Virus record (IMG/VR): IMGVR_UViG_3300042691_017518
Span: 1,010 to 65,009 of that record
DNA: 64,000 bases
Reading direction: 5' to 3' (one strand)
Source: a virus
Taxonomy: Duplodnaviria; Caudoviricetes
Under the pieces are notes generated by a model, which saw only the letters and a program-made list of their open reading frames with translations, ran no database searches and was not told the origin of the DNA. How positions within the stretch are numbered: position 1 is the first letter of the stretch; every line of letters starts with the position of its first letter. Below, piece by piece: positions 31,601 through 40,388 of the stretch. A program made the translations under genes and the position numbers.

Positions 31601-34600
31601 TACTATTTCTTCTCTACTAAATTTTTCTCCTCGGATGTAAGCAATAGTAGGAGAATCTGAAGGAATAGGGAGTTTATAATAAGCTTTCTTTAAAGAGTTG
31701 CTGTTATAAAACATTGCCATAGAAGTAGCTTCCATTTCAATATCAGACATGTCAGCATAACTAGCTGCTTGCTTTTTACCTTTACGAGTAAGACCGTCTA
31801 ATAAAACAGAGTGAAAGTTTTTCTGAAAGTTTGAATCTTGGTCAAGTAAATCTTCCAATATAGGTAAGTTACTCATCAAAGGATCTCCTGCAATCTCTTT
31901 TAAATACTCTTGTAATTTATCATAATCAGTAAACTTACTTAATTGCTTATCTAGGAATCCAGATAAAATAAGATTGTAGACAGTTTTATTATCTATATTT
32001 CTAAAAGAGGAAACAACTTCTCTTTCTAGTACAGGAGTTATTTTTCTAGCAAGTTCTTCTATTAAAGTTTTTTCTTTTCTGTTTTCTTTTGTTATTAGCT
32101 CTTCTGTAGGTTTTAAGAAAGCAAAAACATTATTTCCTTCAGAAAGTTCCTTAGCTATTTTATTAACAGTACTTAAAAGGTCGATAAGATTTTTCCATTC
32201 AAACTTTCCTTCTTTAGGACTTACTACATTTTGTAAATCTTGTTTGCTTAAATTGATACCGTTTTTAGTAAGCAACTTAGATACGTCACTTAAAGTTCTA
32301 TCAATAGTTTCTGCAGTTAAAGTACCTCCTTGAGCACTTTGATTTTTTACTAAGAAATCATAGATAGTTAAAAGATTTTTAGCAAACTGCTTTGCCTTTT
32401 CAGTATCAATAGTTTCTAAATCTTCTTTTAATAGAGGATTACTATGAGTTAAAAACTGTGCAATAATCTCTTCTTTAATTACTGCATCTAAACCTTTTCT
32501 GTTAGAGTCAATAATAGAATAAGTCCCATTCTTTTCGTAGACAGCTTTAAACACTGCATAGTTTTTAGAACCTACTGAAGCAAATAATTCTGTTTTAAGA
32601 ATAGGATCAACTGCTAATCTTTTTAGAATATCTTTAATATAAGGCTTTTCTTTTTCTATATCTTGAAGCTTCTGCATCATCTCTGACATAGAATAGCTAT
32701 TAGCAATTTTAGAAATTAGATATCTAAATACTGCAGCGGGGTCTTCTTTAGACACTACTCCAAAACCATTTATCACTTGTGCAGCATTAGCACGGTTGGA
32801 TTTATATTTAGGGATAGTAGCAAAGAAAGCCTTGAGTCTTTGGCTTACTGATTCAAAAGCATTTGTTTCAATATGAGAAGTCATCCAAGATTCTTCATAA
32901 ACTTGGTCTTCATTTTCATATTCTTTAAAGCTATCTTCTTCAGCAGTCTCTACTTCTCTTGCAGTTTCTTTAGTATTTTTAATACCTGAATAAGAGATTT
33001 TTAAACCTCTGCGTAGTAAGCTTTGATTGAATCTTTCTAGAAGATCTGTAACACCAGTAAATTGAAGTATCTTTTTCTCTACTAATTCTCCGTCTTCATT
33101 CTTTACTTTAATAGCAATTTTTTCAACTTTTTCTCCTCGATTAGTTAAAACATTATATAATTTTTCTAATCTTTTTAAGTGCTCTATTTTATTTTTAGCA
33201 AGACTGTATTTCATCTCTCCTGCTAATCGAGATAAAACAGTTGAATACAACTTATGGACACCTATTTTAGAGATTACTTCTTTATCGTTTAGTCTAGATT
33301 CAGGATCTAACTTATTACGATACTGAGTAATTATCTCGTCCATTAAAGTTTCTAAGTACTCAAAAGCTTGTCTTTCTTCTTCTACATTATCGTATCTAAG
33401 ATCAGGTGCAGTTTCTTGTCTAAGTCTTATACCTTCAGGCATTCTAGTGCTCTTAAACTTAATAGCATGTTTGTAAATGCCTAAGTTTATATCTTGGAAA
33501 ATATTATCTATGTTTATTCTAGCTTCTGGAAAGAAGAATACTTTAAGCATTTTTCTCATAGCATTAAACTGTTTTGCAAGTTTAACACTGCCATTAAAAG
33601 CATCAATTAAATCTCCAGCAGGAGTAGTAAGAGACTTCATAGCCTCAGAACGAAAATCAAAGCCAGCATCAGCTTCTTTAGTATTCTCTTCTGCTACAAA
33701 GTCCATGAATTTATCAGCAAGTAATTCCTCTACTTGTAAGAAAGAAGGCATTCTATAGATAACAGTGCCGTCTTTTTTAGTAACTTTTCTAAGAGGCAAT
33801 TCATCTTTAAATCTTTCGTAAGCTTCGTTAATTAAATCTATTCTTACACTAAGAGGTAAAGCTAAGTTAAATACAATATGGAATGCTTCGTGGTAACTAG
33901 TTCCAGGTAAAGCATTTTTACTTAAGAATAAAGCAGCCTTAGTAAATACTCCATGAAGTTCTTTTCCATTTTTGCGAGCTTCTAATAATTGCTCATAAGT
34001 TTCTTTTGGAAGATATTTCTCAAGAGACTCTAAGTTTCTAAAAACTTTAACAGTTCCTTTTTTACCACTTCCTCTTGTATAAGCTTTGCCTATTTTATCT
34101 TTAAGCCAGTTTAACTCTTCTTCTTGATTCCAAGTAGTAGCATCTTCTCTAGGAGCTAATCTAAAAGGAGTATCTGTATTAGGTTCTGGTCTGTCAAAGT
34201 TTCCATCAAAATCTAAATCATCATCATTCCAAGCAGCAGCTCCAGGAGTATAAGTCTCTGTGCTAGTAGGATCTTCTGGTACTATTTCGTTAGATACTTC
34301 TATAATAGAATTAAGGTCAGGTGCTTCGTCTTCAGGTAAACTTGTTTCTACTTCTGATTCTATAGTAGCAGCTAAATCAAAAGATGCTAAAGCTGCACCT
34401 ATAATGCTGGACGCCGCTTCTGTAGCAGCTTCTTCTATATCAGATACTTTTTCATTTATCTTTCCTTCAGTCTTTAATTTTTCTTGAAAAGCTACAACAT
34501 GTTTATCTTCAAAAAACTTTTTAGTTGCTGCAGATCTTACTGCGCTAGTAACATCAGGCCCTAAAGTAAATGTATCATTAGCATTTTGTCTTTTAATTTT

Positions 34601-35788
34601 CTGCACACTTTGCACAGCTACTACAGTAAGTTTACCGTCCATTACTTGAGCAGTAACTCTAGCAAAAGGATAGTTTCCTGACATACCTGGAATATCAGTA
34701 TAGTCTCTAATAATAAACTTACCTTCTTGAATATTAGAAAGATCTTCTACAGATGCATTAAATACAGGACTCTCTGCGCTTTTATTTTGAGAAGAGTTTT
34801 GTAAAGGAATTGTATTTTGTACTGCTGATGCTCCAGTTTGAGTTGCTGCAGGTAATGGCTTATCAAAAGTAAAGATCTTGTCTAGAGAATCTTTATCATT
34901 TTCAGACATCTGATATGCCTCAAGAACAAACGAACTAGAGTTAAAGAAGTTACCATCTTCTGAATATAAATCTGTACTAACAGCGCCATTGTTAGCCACT
35001 GTTTCATTATAGTTTCCTTTGTTAATTTTAGTATAGTCAATTCTAAATAACTGCTCTCCTAAAAAATCTGCTAATTCTTCATTAGTATTAAAACTATAAG
35101 GAACGTTTTTATTAGCTTTAGTATTAAACCTTACTACTTCAAATTTGCCATTTGTAAATTCTACCGTAGTTCTGTAGAGCATTTTCTCTATAGTTTTTCT
35201 AGCAGCATTTATATTTTCATTAGTAGTGGCGGTTCTTAAAGTATTTATCGCATTCTTTAATGCAGTAAAGTTTTTAGTATCTTTAATTTTATGAGACTTC
35301 ATTTGCATAGGATATAATCCATATGCAGAAGGAACTAAAAGATAAGGTATACCTTCTTTTAATCTATTTATTTCTACATACAATTCCTTTGAAGAATTTT
35401 TTAAATCTTCTTGTATTTTAGCACTGTTAGTACCTTCTCCTGTTTGTAAAACACCTCCAACTTTAATAACCATAAGAAAAGGAATATTCTTCCCACTTTC
35501 TTCGCTAGCTTTTTTAAGTACTTCTATAGGATTATTGTTAGCAAAACTGCCATTTTCATTGCGCTCATTGTTAATCCTTGTTTGGGACTTATGACGAATA
35601 CGTAAAGTAATAGGAGCTTTCTTAGCTCCCATCTTTTCAAATTGCTTTAACTTAGCCTCGTTCATTTCGAGACCAGGAATATTTATTTTATCGTCCTTGA
35701 TTAACTGGTCAATAAGACCGTTATTAAGAATACTTTTGAATTCTTCTTCTGTACGCCATTGATTATCGTACCAGTACTTACAAGCCAT
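25613..35788 (-). CDS. virion-packaged single-chain RNA polymerase (3391 aa) with zincin-like and C-terminal NADAR domains
   Basis: GYRIP...AGLDFDIDKL catalytic motif (29660-29674) typical of crAss-like RNAPs; SAVKVG, VDNAKDP; HEAFH at 33878-33892. Confidence 0.92.
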   Translation of the reverse strand: MACKYWYDNQWRTEEEFKSILNNGLIDQLIKDDKINIPGLEMNEAKLKQFEKMGAKKAPITLRIRHKSQTRINNERNENGSFANNNPIEVLKKASEESGKNIPFLMVIKVGGVLQTGEGTNSAKIQEDLKNSSKELYVEINRLKEGIPYLLVPSAYGLYPMQMKSHKIKDTKNFTALKNAINTLRTATTNENINAARKTIEKMLYRTTVEFTNGKFEVVRFNTKANKNVPYSFNTNEELADFLGEQLFRIDYTKINKGNYNETVANNGAVSTDLYSEDGNFFNSSSFVLEAYQMSENDKDSLDKIFTFDKPLPAATQTGASAVQNTIPLQNSSQNKSAESPVFNASVEDLSNIQEGKFIIRDYTDIPGMSGNYPFARVTAQVMDGKLTVVAVQSVQKIKRQNANDTFTLGPDVTSAVRSAATKKFFEDKHVVAFQEKLKTEGKINEKVSDIEEAATEAASSIIGAALASFDLAATIESEVETSLPEDEAPDLNSIIEVSNEIVPEDPTSTETYTPGAAAWNDDDLDFDGNFDRPEPNTDTPFRLAPREDATTWNQEEELNWLKDKIGKAYTRGSGKKGTVKVFRNLESLEKYLPKETYEQLLEARKNGKELHGVFTKAALFLSKNALPGTSYHEAFHIVFNLALPLSVRIDLINEAYERFKDELPLRKVTKKDGTVIYRMPSFLQVEELLADKFMDFVAEENTKEADAGFDFRSEAMKSLTTPAGDLIDAFNGSVKLAKQFNAMRKMLKVFFFPEARINIDNIFQDINLGIYKHAIKFKSTRMPEGIRLRQETAPDLRYDNVEEERQAFEYLETLMDEIITQYRNKLDPESRLNDKEVISKIGVHKLYSTVLSRLAGEMKYSLAKNKIEHLKRLEKLYNVLTNRGEKVEKIAIKVKNEDGELVEKKILQFTGVTDLLERFNQSLLRRGLKISYSGIKNTKETAREVETAEEDSFKEYENEDQVYEESWMTSHIETNAFESVSQRLKAFFATIPKYKSNRANAAQVINGFGVVSKEDPAAVFRYLISKIANSYSMSEMMQKLQDIEKEKPYIKDILKRLAVDPILKTELFASVGSKNYAVFKAVYEKNGTYSIIDSNRKGLDAVIKEEIIAQFLTHSNPLLKEDLETIDTEKAKQFAKNLLTIYDFLVKNQSAQGGTLTAETIDRTLSDVSKLLTKNGINLSKQDLQNVVSPKEGKFEWKNLIDLLSTVNKIAKELSEGNNVFAFLKPTEELITKENRKEKTLIEELARKITPVLEREVVSSFRNIDNKTVYNLILSGFLDKQLSKFTDYDKLQEYLKEIAGDPLMSNLPILEDLLDQDSNFQKNFHSVLLDGLTRKGKKQAASYADMSDIEMEATSMAMFYNSNSLKKAYYKLPIPSDSPTIAYIRGEKFSREEIVDRLVKTAEAEFGRIKKLQTSKTDSVLRRIPNYFNKGTKFQILDFLNGKIDTKKGFNEAKVRAEIEKFLDADITKSKFFKKEIDSLKKKGVILAVNDTTGKIAFSEKVIDKTIKDSTDFFKSYLLNTYYMNTQLTTLLGGDPAFYKNTTDYQKRFKQVLSPGMFSNTENQRDYYKAIILNDEAAPTKKETQSHILAIIDRANIPEAEKKVLRTTWTTTDHNYTDAATFISAERRKETMEGLGRWTPEHDAAMVRMKAGKETIEDLNLLNPPFKPEKPFIFSHRIEDGVVIPTQIKNAETVLTKSFAEKKDAAGNFLYPKLAALYADMESGKIDTAIFESAVKVGGIGNTIDKENKVRFTEYEEQPDGSYKLPENAEIINLKTEDWRLQQETPPHYVDERGNFGTQLRNLIIGDIKLDGDYTVGGKSMKGSEVARLFQELIVEDLKTSFEDVREIFENPDGTINYEKLAAELRKEVIDREMGQEYLDALAPIEVVLKNGEKAVRTALPLYHPMIAYKMEAVMNSFFKNRVTKQKINGGALINTTAFGVSDQLKMIVNEETGTITYQALLPAWSKQFFPKNSKGEVDIEALRNNPQAADLLKIVGYRIPTEDKYSMFNIEVVGFTPISMGGTVILPVEVTTVAGLDFDIDKLYFMAKAFTVNKKGEAKTVRYYDSAKTQEEATLVAENIYKNFRDYVRFIKATVKKEEDQDRMIKVRRDLLEKQAEAYELKKEIAETDEFLELKEAIKQAKDDQKAALAMAQTTGEDPDPVWMKFIQDTIDGFYKELEEEYMPFNEAMAEIKEVDQNAINFIAKRLMSKDFNPITANSKKARDNKKLDIIHGILENENTAASILNPGNFESLRESSARIRLLQAGEVTKANKLKGKELTKAADDLDDADFNINYPSTQLELFRRNMMGKQLIGIFANHNTHHAKAQFTNLALKSPITVNGQEYLMLNQVYNNQGQRISKLLATDLAAVVDNAKDPIASFLNMNTFTANTIALMQRLGIQEDFIYAFINQPVILELTQKYYNDRGSLSEEKQFSDIKNKWQGLLNAKLKEAGIDPATVAAVDFTTDLLEKNLNPDKSVDYYIVQSAVLKAFGDWYETAGELGQGIQASRVDTTGVGPTSAANYTMLQKQRNVLEKIKKDTNKIQGAEEIFWGGSEQIMIPGFTKYGLISPINVLNKIFPSIGTINEQGGFSFSILGELKNTFAEFKRNKSLTEKEAQMINTHFINFIASNFPFFRYSQSKDILGSTPNRLMELKNKIPADAPYKMFLDKLYVVEANAYSPIRRIEYYNTGKKPVEIQRVKYAWERMMQDSNPEVKELALDLVKYTYFANGYGFGPFSFANMIPVKFWTNEFQIANNIVDSKGNPFNVFLEQSLDSQKLSDDKAIWEKRFIDQFLRNNYDKENLVPAVKIDKTIGEKEGGTTGTQLNNVVTEAAKNSKGGIIQTPKGALIINKDKNKGLIPNNTPVPFIKVYGERNAIYLYKYVPTKFDQKNPDNFDGKRDIDTVMYQRVSTLGTSNFTLEYDYFKDIENSVLSDIKATPNPKVSNTPAPSNQIADEIASNDAAMLAAIGETPTAADVTTTVAPTKVTNEESIPELGSILPTTQSSTSVEGKVSNQLTEEDVKWLRANLRLIETTYKSRNLFGARDTELKTPLLFDNNKTKVIRIDPDPAGTSAIVFERDAKTWMVKLEEKDNKVSPRLYEWKDVYGEGNFSFYATDGSTASDLENINKSGLMDLINQLYEDTNIPDPGDKQLIVSNALQQKYGLKRTYKDIINELKPAQPATSVKPENISSKGSEFAKKLTNVGNTVGLTYKGKEYVNSEHAYQTWKSGEFNQAGYDLKGGKVRGGKIGDTFSIMTDILTEKLKQHPELVQGINERGGLAYIEQSTHNVIGDKFWESTGENKFIEALAKAYQNISTTQPSTPVTPAKPAFLASLDTATTEKMGLFEQEYWNEYQEATAKLPEEERMPQEVFISLNYEQQIAAIEHAKNC
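25820..26784 (-). repeat. three ~20 bp direct repeats encoding TQ(P/S)(S/A)T(S/P)V linkers
   Basis: + strand copies: AGTAGATGGTTGAGTAGTAG 25820-25839, AACACTAGTAGCTGGTTGAG 26231-26250, AACACTAGTAGATGATTGAGTAGTAG 26759-26784. Confidence 0.8.
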
Positions 35789-35804
35789 AGACTTAATATT
35801 TTAA

Positions 35805-36278
35805 TTATCCAGCAAGATCTTTATCAAATAGAAGCATGTCGTTAGTAAGAGCTAATCTAGCTAATAAATCTAAATATTCCCCTACTGCCCCTACTTGATG
35901 TGTAGTAAAGTCTTGTAACAAAAGTACAACTTTTAAAGAAAGATCTGCACGTCTTGCAGACTTTTCATACTCATTAAGTAGATCCTTTTCCATTTGGTAA
36001 GCCATTTCTAAAGCTGACTTAATATCAGTACAGCTACAGTCTACTGCATCTAATGCCTCAACACTTAGTTCTCCTCCTAAATCATTAGCAAACTTTTCTA
36101 TTTTTAAGTAATGCTCACGTTCTCCATTAGACTCATCTAAGAAAAACTTTTCTGCGCCAAAATAAGATAAAGACTTCATTCTGTTGCTTAGTTTTAAATA
36201 AGCTTGTGAAGCTGTTAGTTCTAGTTTACCAAACTTGTTGAGTTCTTTTTGTTCTATGTCTGTAAGTAATTTTTCCAT
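35805..36278 (-). CDS. ferritin-like protein
   Basis: ELTASQAYL, GAEKFF...EREH, ALEMAYQMEK, HQV; probable start ATG 36278. Confidence 0.85.
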   Translation of the reverse strand: MEKLLTDIEQKELNKFGKLELTASQAYLKLSNRMKSLSYFGAEKFFLDESNGEREHYLKIEKFANDLGGELSVEALDAVDCSCTDIKSALEMAYQMEKDLLNEYEKSARRADLSLKVVLLLQDFTTHQVGAVGEYLDLLARLALTNDMLLFDKDLAG

Positions 36279-36280
36279 AA

Positions 36281-39200
36281 TTAACATTCTTTTTTAAACT
36301 GTTCGTTGAAGAACACATTTACTTTTGATTTAAGCAATTGTTTTATAATATCATTAAAGTTATTATCTATTATTTCTTTTCTTGATGGAGTTCCTTCTAA
36401 AGCAGCTAGTTCTGCATAAGCACTACTATCTTTTCTACCAGCTTCTTCAAGAGCTTGCATAGCTTGCTCTCTAGTCATTGTGCCTTTTTTAACAGCATCT
36501 ATGTATTCTGCATCATATTTAGCATCTATATCAACAGCTAATTCTTTTCCTCTTTTTTCAATAGCTACTTCTAATTCATTTATTTCATCTAATAATCTTT
36601 TTGCAGGAGTAAGAGCATAAGAGCTTTTTAAACCTGTAAGTTTACTTTGAAGTTTTGCAAAAGCAGAGTCAGACATTACATCAATAGTCCTATATGCTTC
36701 TTGTCTTCTTCTTTCTATATCAGCTTTCTTAGCTTCTATGTCAATTGGAGTTTCTGTTTCTTCTTCAATAGCTATTCCAGATTCTTGTGCTACGATAGCT
36801 TTACGAAGAGCTAAGAAATGCTCAGGCATACCTTTTTTAAATGCAGGTAGTTGGCCTATAAAAGTATCTCCTTGATAAACATTTATTGCTACATCTTCAG
36901 GAGAACGATCTACTTTATTATAATCATTGTCAGATAACTTAAAAGTAGCTTCTACAGTATTTTCATAAAGCTCTTTATTATTTAAGAAATCAGGAGAGTT
37001 AATTAAAGCATTATCAGAAGGTTGATCAGATTTTTCTCCTCTAGGATTAGTCCATGCTTCCCATCTACCTGTTTTAGGATTACGAACTAGCTGTCCATCT
37101 TTTATTTTCTTATCATATAAAAGAGGTATAATAGAATTATTACCAACATTACTAGTTTCAAAGATTGACGCTTCTTCTATTTTCTTAGTCTCACTTGCAT
37201 AAAAATCTGGATCAAACTCAGCATCTTCATCTAAAGGTGCAGGTTGATTAGCATCAGTAGGGTCTGCAAAATCTTGCTGTAGGGTTGGTTCAGTTTTCTC
37301 TTCATTAAAAGTTTTTAATAACTCTGTGAGTGCATTAGAAATTTTTCCTGCAGCATTTGGATCATTGGCAAGTACTTCAGCAAGTTGGTCTATATTATAT
37401 AATCCAGGAATAGCTTTATTCTCTTTTTCTAATTTATCAATGATTTCTCTAAACAATGCAGGTTTTGATTGTAGAGTTTGAATAAGAGTATCTGTATCTA
37501 CAACAGTGGCATCTTTAGCTTTAGGATCTAAATCAGCAATTAAACTAGCTAATTCTTGATCTGTAGCAGCTAATTCCGCAGCAGCTCTTTCATCTACTAT
37601 ACTAGTGTTGCCTGTTAAAGATTTCTCATCAGCTGCTACTTTATTTAAAGTGTCAGAAGACTTAGCTGCGGCAGCAGCTTTTTTAGTATCCTCTTCAGCT
37701 TCTTGAGCCATTGCTATTTTAGAATTCTCATATAACTGCGTGTAGATATTTAAAAAGTCTTTTGCGCCTTTATTAGTAAAGAGCACATCATACATTTTAG
37801 AAATCTTAGCTTTACGTTCTTTGATTAAAATTAAATCTTGTAATAAAGGCTCTATTTGTTTTCTGTATAGATTATAACTTGTTGGGTCGTTTTCTTTCCA
37901 GTTATTAAGTTCTGCTTGATATAGTTCTTTTGCAGTAGTAGCAAACTCTGCTGAGTCTTGAGCACTAACTCCTGCAATTTGAGCAATAAGTTTATTTAAA
38001 ACTTTAGGACTTACATTCCCTTTACTTAGTTTATTAACTACTCCTTGTAGTTCATCTTCACGATTTTCTAAATTTAAAGTAGCGCCATAAAGGAAAGTCA
38101 TTTGATCTTTTAAAGGTTCTGTAAGACCTAATGGATCTTCTACACCTTTAAAGTTTTTTCTCCAGAAATCTACAAATACTTTGCTATCATTAAAAGCTGT
38201 GTCTACTTCATTGTGAGCTTTAATAATATTATCTGTGTTAAATCTAGCTTTATCTAAAGCAGCTTTTCTAGTTTCTTCTGTAAACTCTAGAACTCCTTGG
38301 ATACCAAACTGCTGATTAAAAGTTTCTAAAGGCAGTTGCTCAAGAGCATCGAGTTCTTGAATAACAGTTTCTCCAATACGATTTTTAACACGAGTTGAAA
38401 CAAAAGAATGGAATTGTTCGTATTCTTTGTTTTTATAATTAAAGATATCCCCCTTATCTAAAGCTTCATCCATCTCTGATTGAATGGTAAAGTTTTTAGC
38501 CATGTTCTCAAAGTTATTTTTAAGAACAGGGTTAACAGGATTATCATTAATATTTTTAGCAGTAGCTCTAGCTTTTTCTACTTCTTTTTTAACTTCTTTA
38601 ATTTCTTGTCTAACTCCTCCATAAGATTCCCAACCTCTAGAAAGTTCTCCTGTTTGAGCATCGTATTTAAAAGGCAGCTTTAATCCTAACATACCCATCA
38701 AGAATCCTATACTCATAGAATCAAACCCTTCTACTGATCCCCCGTAGTTACGAGCAGCAGTAGTCATTGACTTTAAGAAAGTAGTAGAGTTCTTGATTGC
38801 TTCATCAGAGAATTGAGCACTCCAATAGTTAGAATATCCTTCCTGAATTACTCCTTGTGCGTATTCTTCAAATCCTTCAGTTAATCCAGATTTTAAAGCA
38901 GTTGTACCGTAACCTAAAGCTCTTCCAAATTTACCCATTGCATCCGCACGAGCAACTACTTTTCCTCCTTTGGCAACAGTTCCTGTCATCCTTAAAGGAT
39001 TAAGGCGGGAAATAGCTTGATTTACTCTATAGCCAGAACTAAAAGCTTTAGAGAACTGAATCATATTAGAAAAACCTACAAGAGGAATGTTGGTAAACCA
39101 AGCTAACTCAGATGCATCCTCTGCTCCTTTTTTAATAAGAGCCATTTTTGCTGGAGGAATAACTGCTTCCTCCATATCAGAATTCTGAAGAATTTTAAAA

Positions 39201-40354
39201 ATTTCTTCGTCAGTAAAATTCTGAGTTTTTAAATAATTTCTTTTAGCTTGATCTAATGTTTGATCATAAGTATCTCTAGCAATTAAACTAGACTCATATC
39301 CAGCAGAACGAACCATAGAAGTAGCCGTACCTATACCTGCTCTATAAGTCTTAGTTAGGTTAGCTATCTTTCTCATGTTATTAAAGTCAGATAATTGATC
39401 TAATCCTCTAATAACTTTATATCCTTTAGCAAATGAGTTTGTTAATTTAGCTGCTCCTACAAGTGTATTGCCAAATAAATTAGATGCTTGTGCAGCAAGT
39501 CTTGCAGTGTTACCTGCTAATATAGCAGATCCTGTTCCAAATGTTGCAGCAGTAATAGCTCCTGCAGCCATTTCAGTTAATACTGCTCCTGCAACAAAAG
39601 ATACTGCTGGAGCTACATCAGCATTAAGAGACTTCATTGGATGTGTGATAAACCTAGAAAAGAAATTTTTAGGTTGACCATTTACATCATAAGCATAATC
39701 AGATCCTCCGTAAACAGCTAAATGTTTATCAAGACCTTGATCCATAGTTTCCCATGCATCAAATACACCATTGTTAAAAATATTTTGAGCATCCCAAGTA
39801 AATAATCCTTTAGCTAAACCATATGTTAAAGGAACTAAACCTCCTACATTTAAAGCCGTCTTGCCTACTAATTTTAGTAAAGTGTTTCCTGATTCTGCTA
39901 AAAATCCTTGATTCTCGTCAAGCTCGTCTAAGAATTTTTTAACTTGAGTATTATAATTCTTTTGTTTAAAAGCAGCATAATCCTGTAAATCTCTGTCAAA
40001 ACGAATTCCAAATTTATTAGGATCTAATAACTGAACCATTCTCGTTCCGTTATCATTGATAAACTTTTCTCTTTCAAATTTATCTGGAATTCCTTTAGCT
40101 AAATCTATAGGAGTAAATAGCTGATTTATATTGCCTTGCACTAATAAATTACTTCCAGCAATATTAGTACCTGACTTATATTCAAAAGCAGCTTTACCTA
40201 AACCTGTTTGCCAAGCTTCCTGTCTAGTTTTAGGTTCTCTATATGCTATTTCAGGACGAAACTCTGGAGTAGTAATCTTTCCATTATCACTAGCAGTATT
40301 AACTCCTTTAACTGTTTTAGGGTCAACTGTTTCTTCTTTATCGTCTTCTGCCAT
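36281..40354 (-). CDS. giant virion cargo/ejection protein (1357 aa) with hydrophobic Gly/Ala-rich segments
   Basis: AVSFVAGAVLTEMAAGAITAATFG segment, EGFEEYAQ motif, position upstream of RNAP. Confidence 0.78.
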   Translation of the reverse strand: MAEDDKEETVDPKTVKGVNTASDNGKITTPEFRPEIAYREPKTRQEAWQTGLGKAAFEYKSGTNIAGSNLLVQGNINQLFTPIDLAKGIPDKFEREKFINDNGTRMVQLLDPNKFGIRFDRDLQDYAAFKQKNYNTQVKKFLDELDENQGFLAESGNTLLKLVGKTALNVGGLVPLTYGLAKGLFTWDAQNIFNNGVFDAWETMDQGLDKHLAVYGGSDYAYDVNGQPKNFFSRFITHPMKSLNADVAPAVSFVAGAVLTEMAAGAITAATFGTGSAILAGNTARLAAQASNLFGNTLVGAAKLTNSFAKGYKVIRGLDQLSDFNNMRKIANLTKTYRAGIGTATSMVRSAGYESSLIARDTYDQTLDQAKRNYLKTQNFTDEEIFKILQNSDMEEAVIPPAKMALIKKGAEDASELAWFTNIPLVGFSNMIQFSKAFSSGYRVNQAISRLNPLRMTGTVAKGGKVVARADAMGKFGRALGYGTTALKSGLTEGFEEYAQGVIQEGYSNYWSAQFSDEAIKNSTTFLKSMTTAARNYGGSVEGFDSMSIGFLMGMLGLKLPFKYDAQTGELSRGWESYGGVRQEIKEVKKEVEKARATAKNINDNPVNPVLKNNFENMAKNFTIQSEMDEALDKGDIFNYKNKEYEQFHSFVSTRVKNRIGETVIQELDALEQLPLETFNQQFGIQGVLEFTEETRKAALDKARFNTDNIIKAHNEVDTAFNDSKVFVDFWRKNFKGVEDPLGLTEPLKDQMTFLYGATLNLENREDELQGVVNKLSKGNVSPKVLNKLIAQIAGVSAQDSAEFATTAKELYQAELNNWKENDPTSYNLYRKQIEPLLQDLILIKERKAKISKMYDVLFTNKGAKDFLNIYTQLYENSKIAMAQEAEEDTKKAAAAAKSSDTLNKVAADEKSLTGNTSIVDERAAAELAATDQELASLIADLDPKAKDATVVDTDTLIQTLQSKPALFREIIDKLEKENKAIPGLYNIDQLAEVLANDPNAAGKISNALTELLKTFNEEKTEPTLQQDFADPTDANQPAPLDEDAEFDPDFYASETKKIEEASIFETSNVGNNSIIPLLYDKKIKDGQLVRNPKTGRWEAWTNPRGEKSDQPSDNALINSPDFLNNKELYENTVEATFKLSDNDYNKVDRSPEDVAINVYQGDTFIGQLPAFKKGMPEHFLALRKAIVAQESGIAIEEETETPIDIEAKKADIERRRQEAYRTIDVMSDSAFAKLQSKLTGLKSSYALTPAKRLLDEINELEVAIEKRGKELAVDIDAKYDAEYIDAVKKGTMTREQAMQALEEAGRKDSSAYAELAALEGTPSRKEIIDNNFNDIIKQLLKSKVNVFFNEQFKKEC

Positions 40355-40368
40355 GATTGAAATAATAT

Positions 40369-40376
40369 CAAAGGTA
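40369..40376 (-). promoter_or_regulatory. Bacteroidota sigma-ABfr type -7 promoter element (TACCTTTG)
   Basis: Exact TAnnTTTG 15 nt upstream of the 40354 start. Confidence 0.65.
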
Positions 40377-40388
40377 ATAAAAAATTAC

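Noticed and set aside
34193-34226. DLDFDGNFD resembling the cellular RNAP DFDGD motif
   Set aside because: Lies in an acidic low-complexity linker; the real catalytic motif is DFDID at 29660-29674 with upstream RIP.
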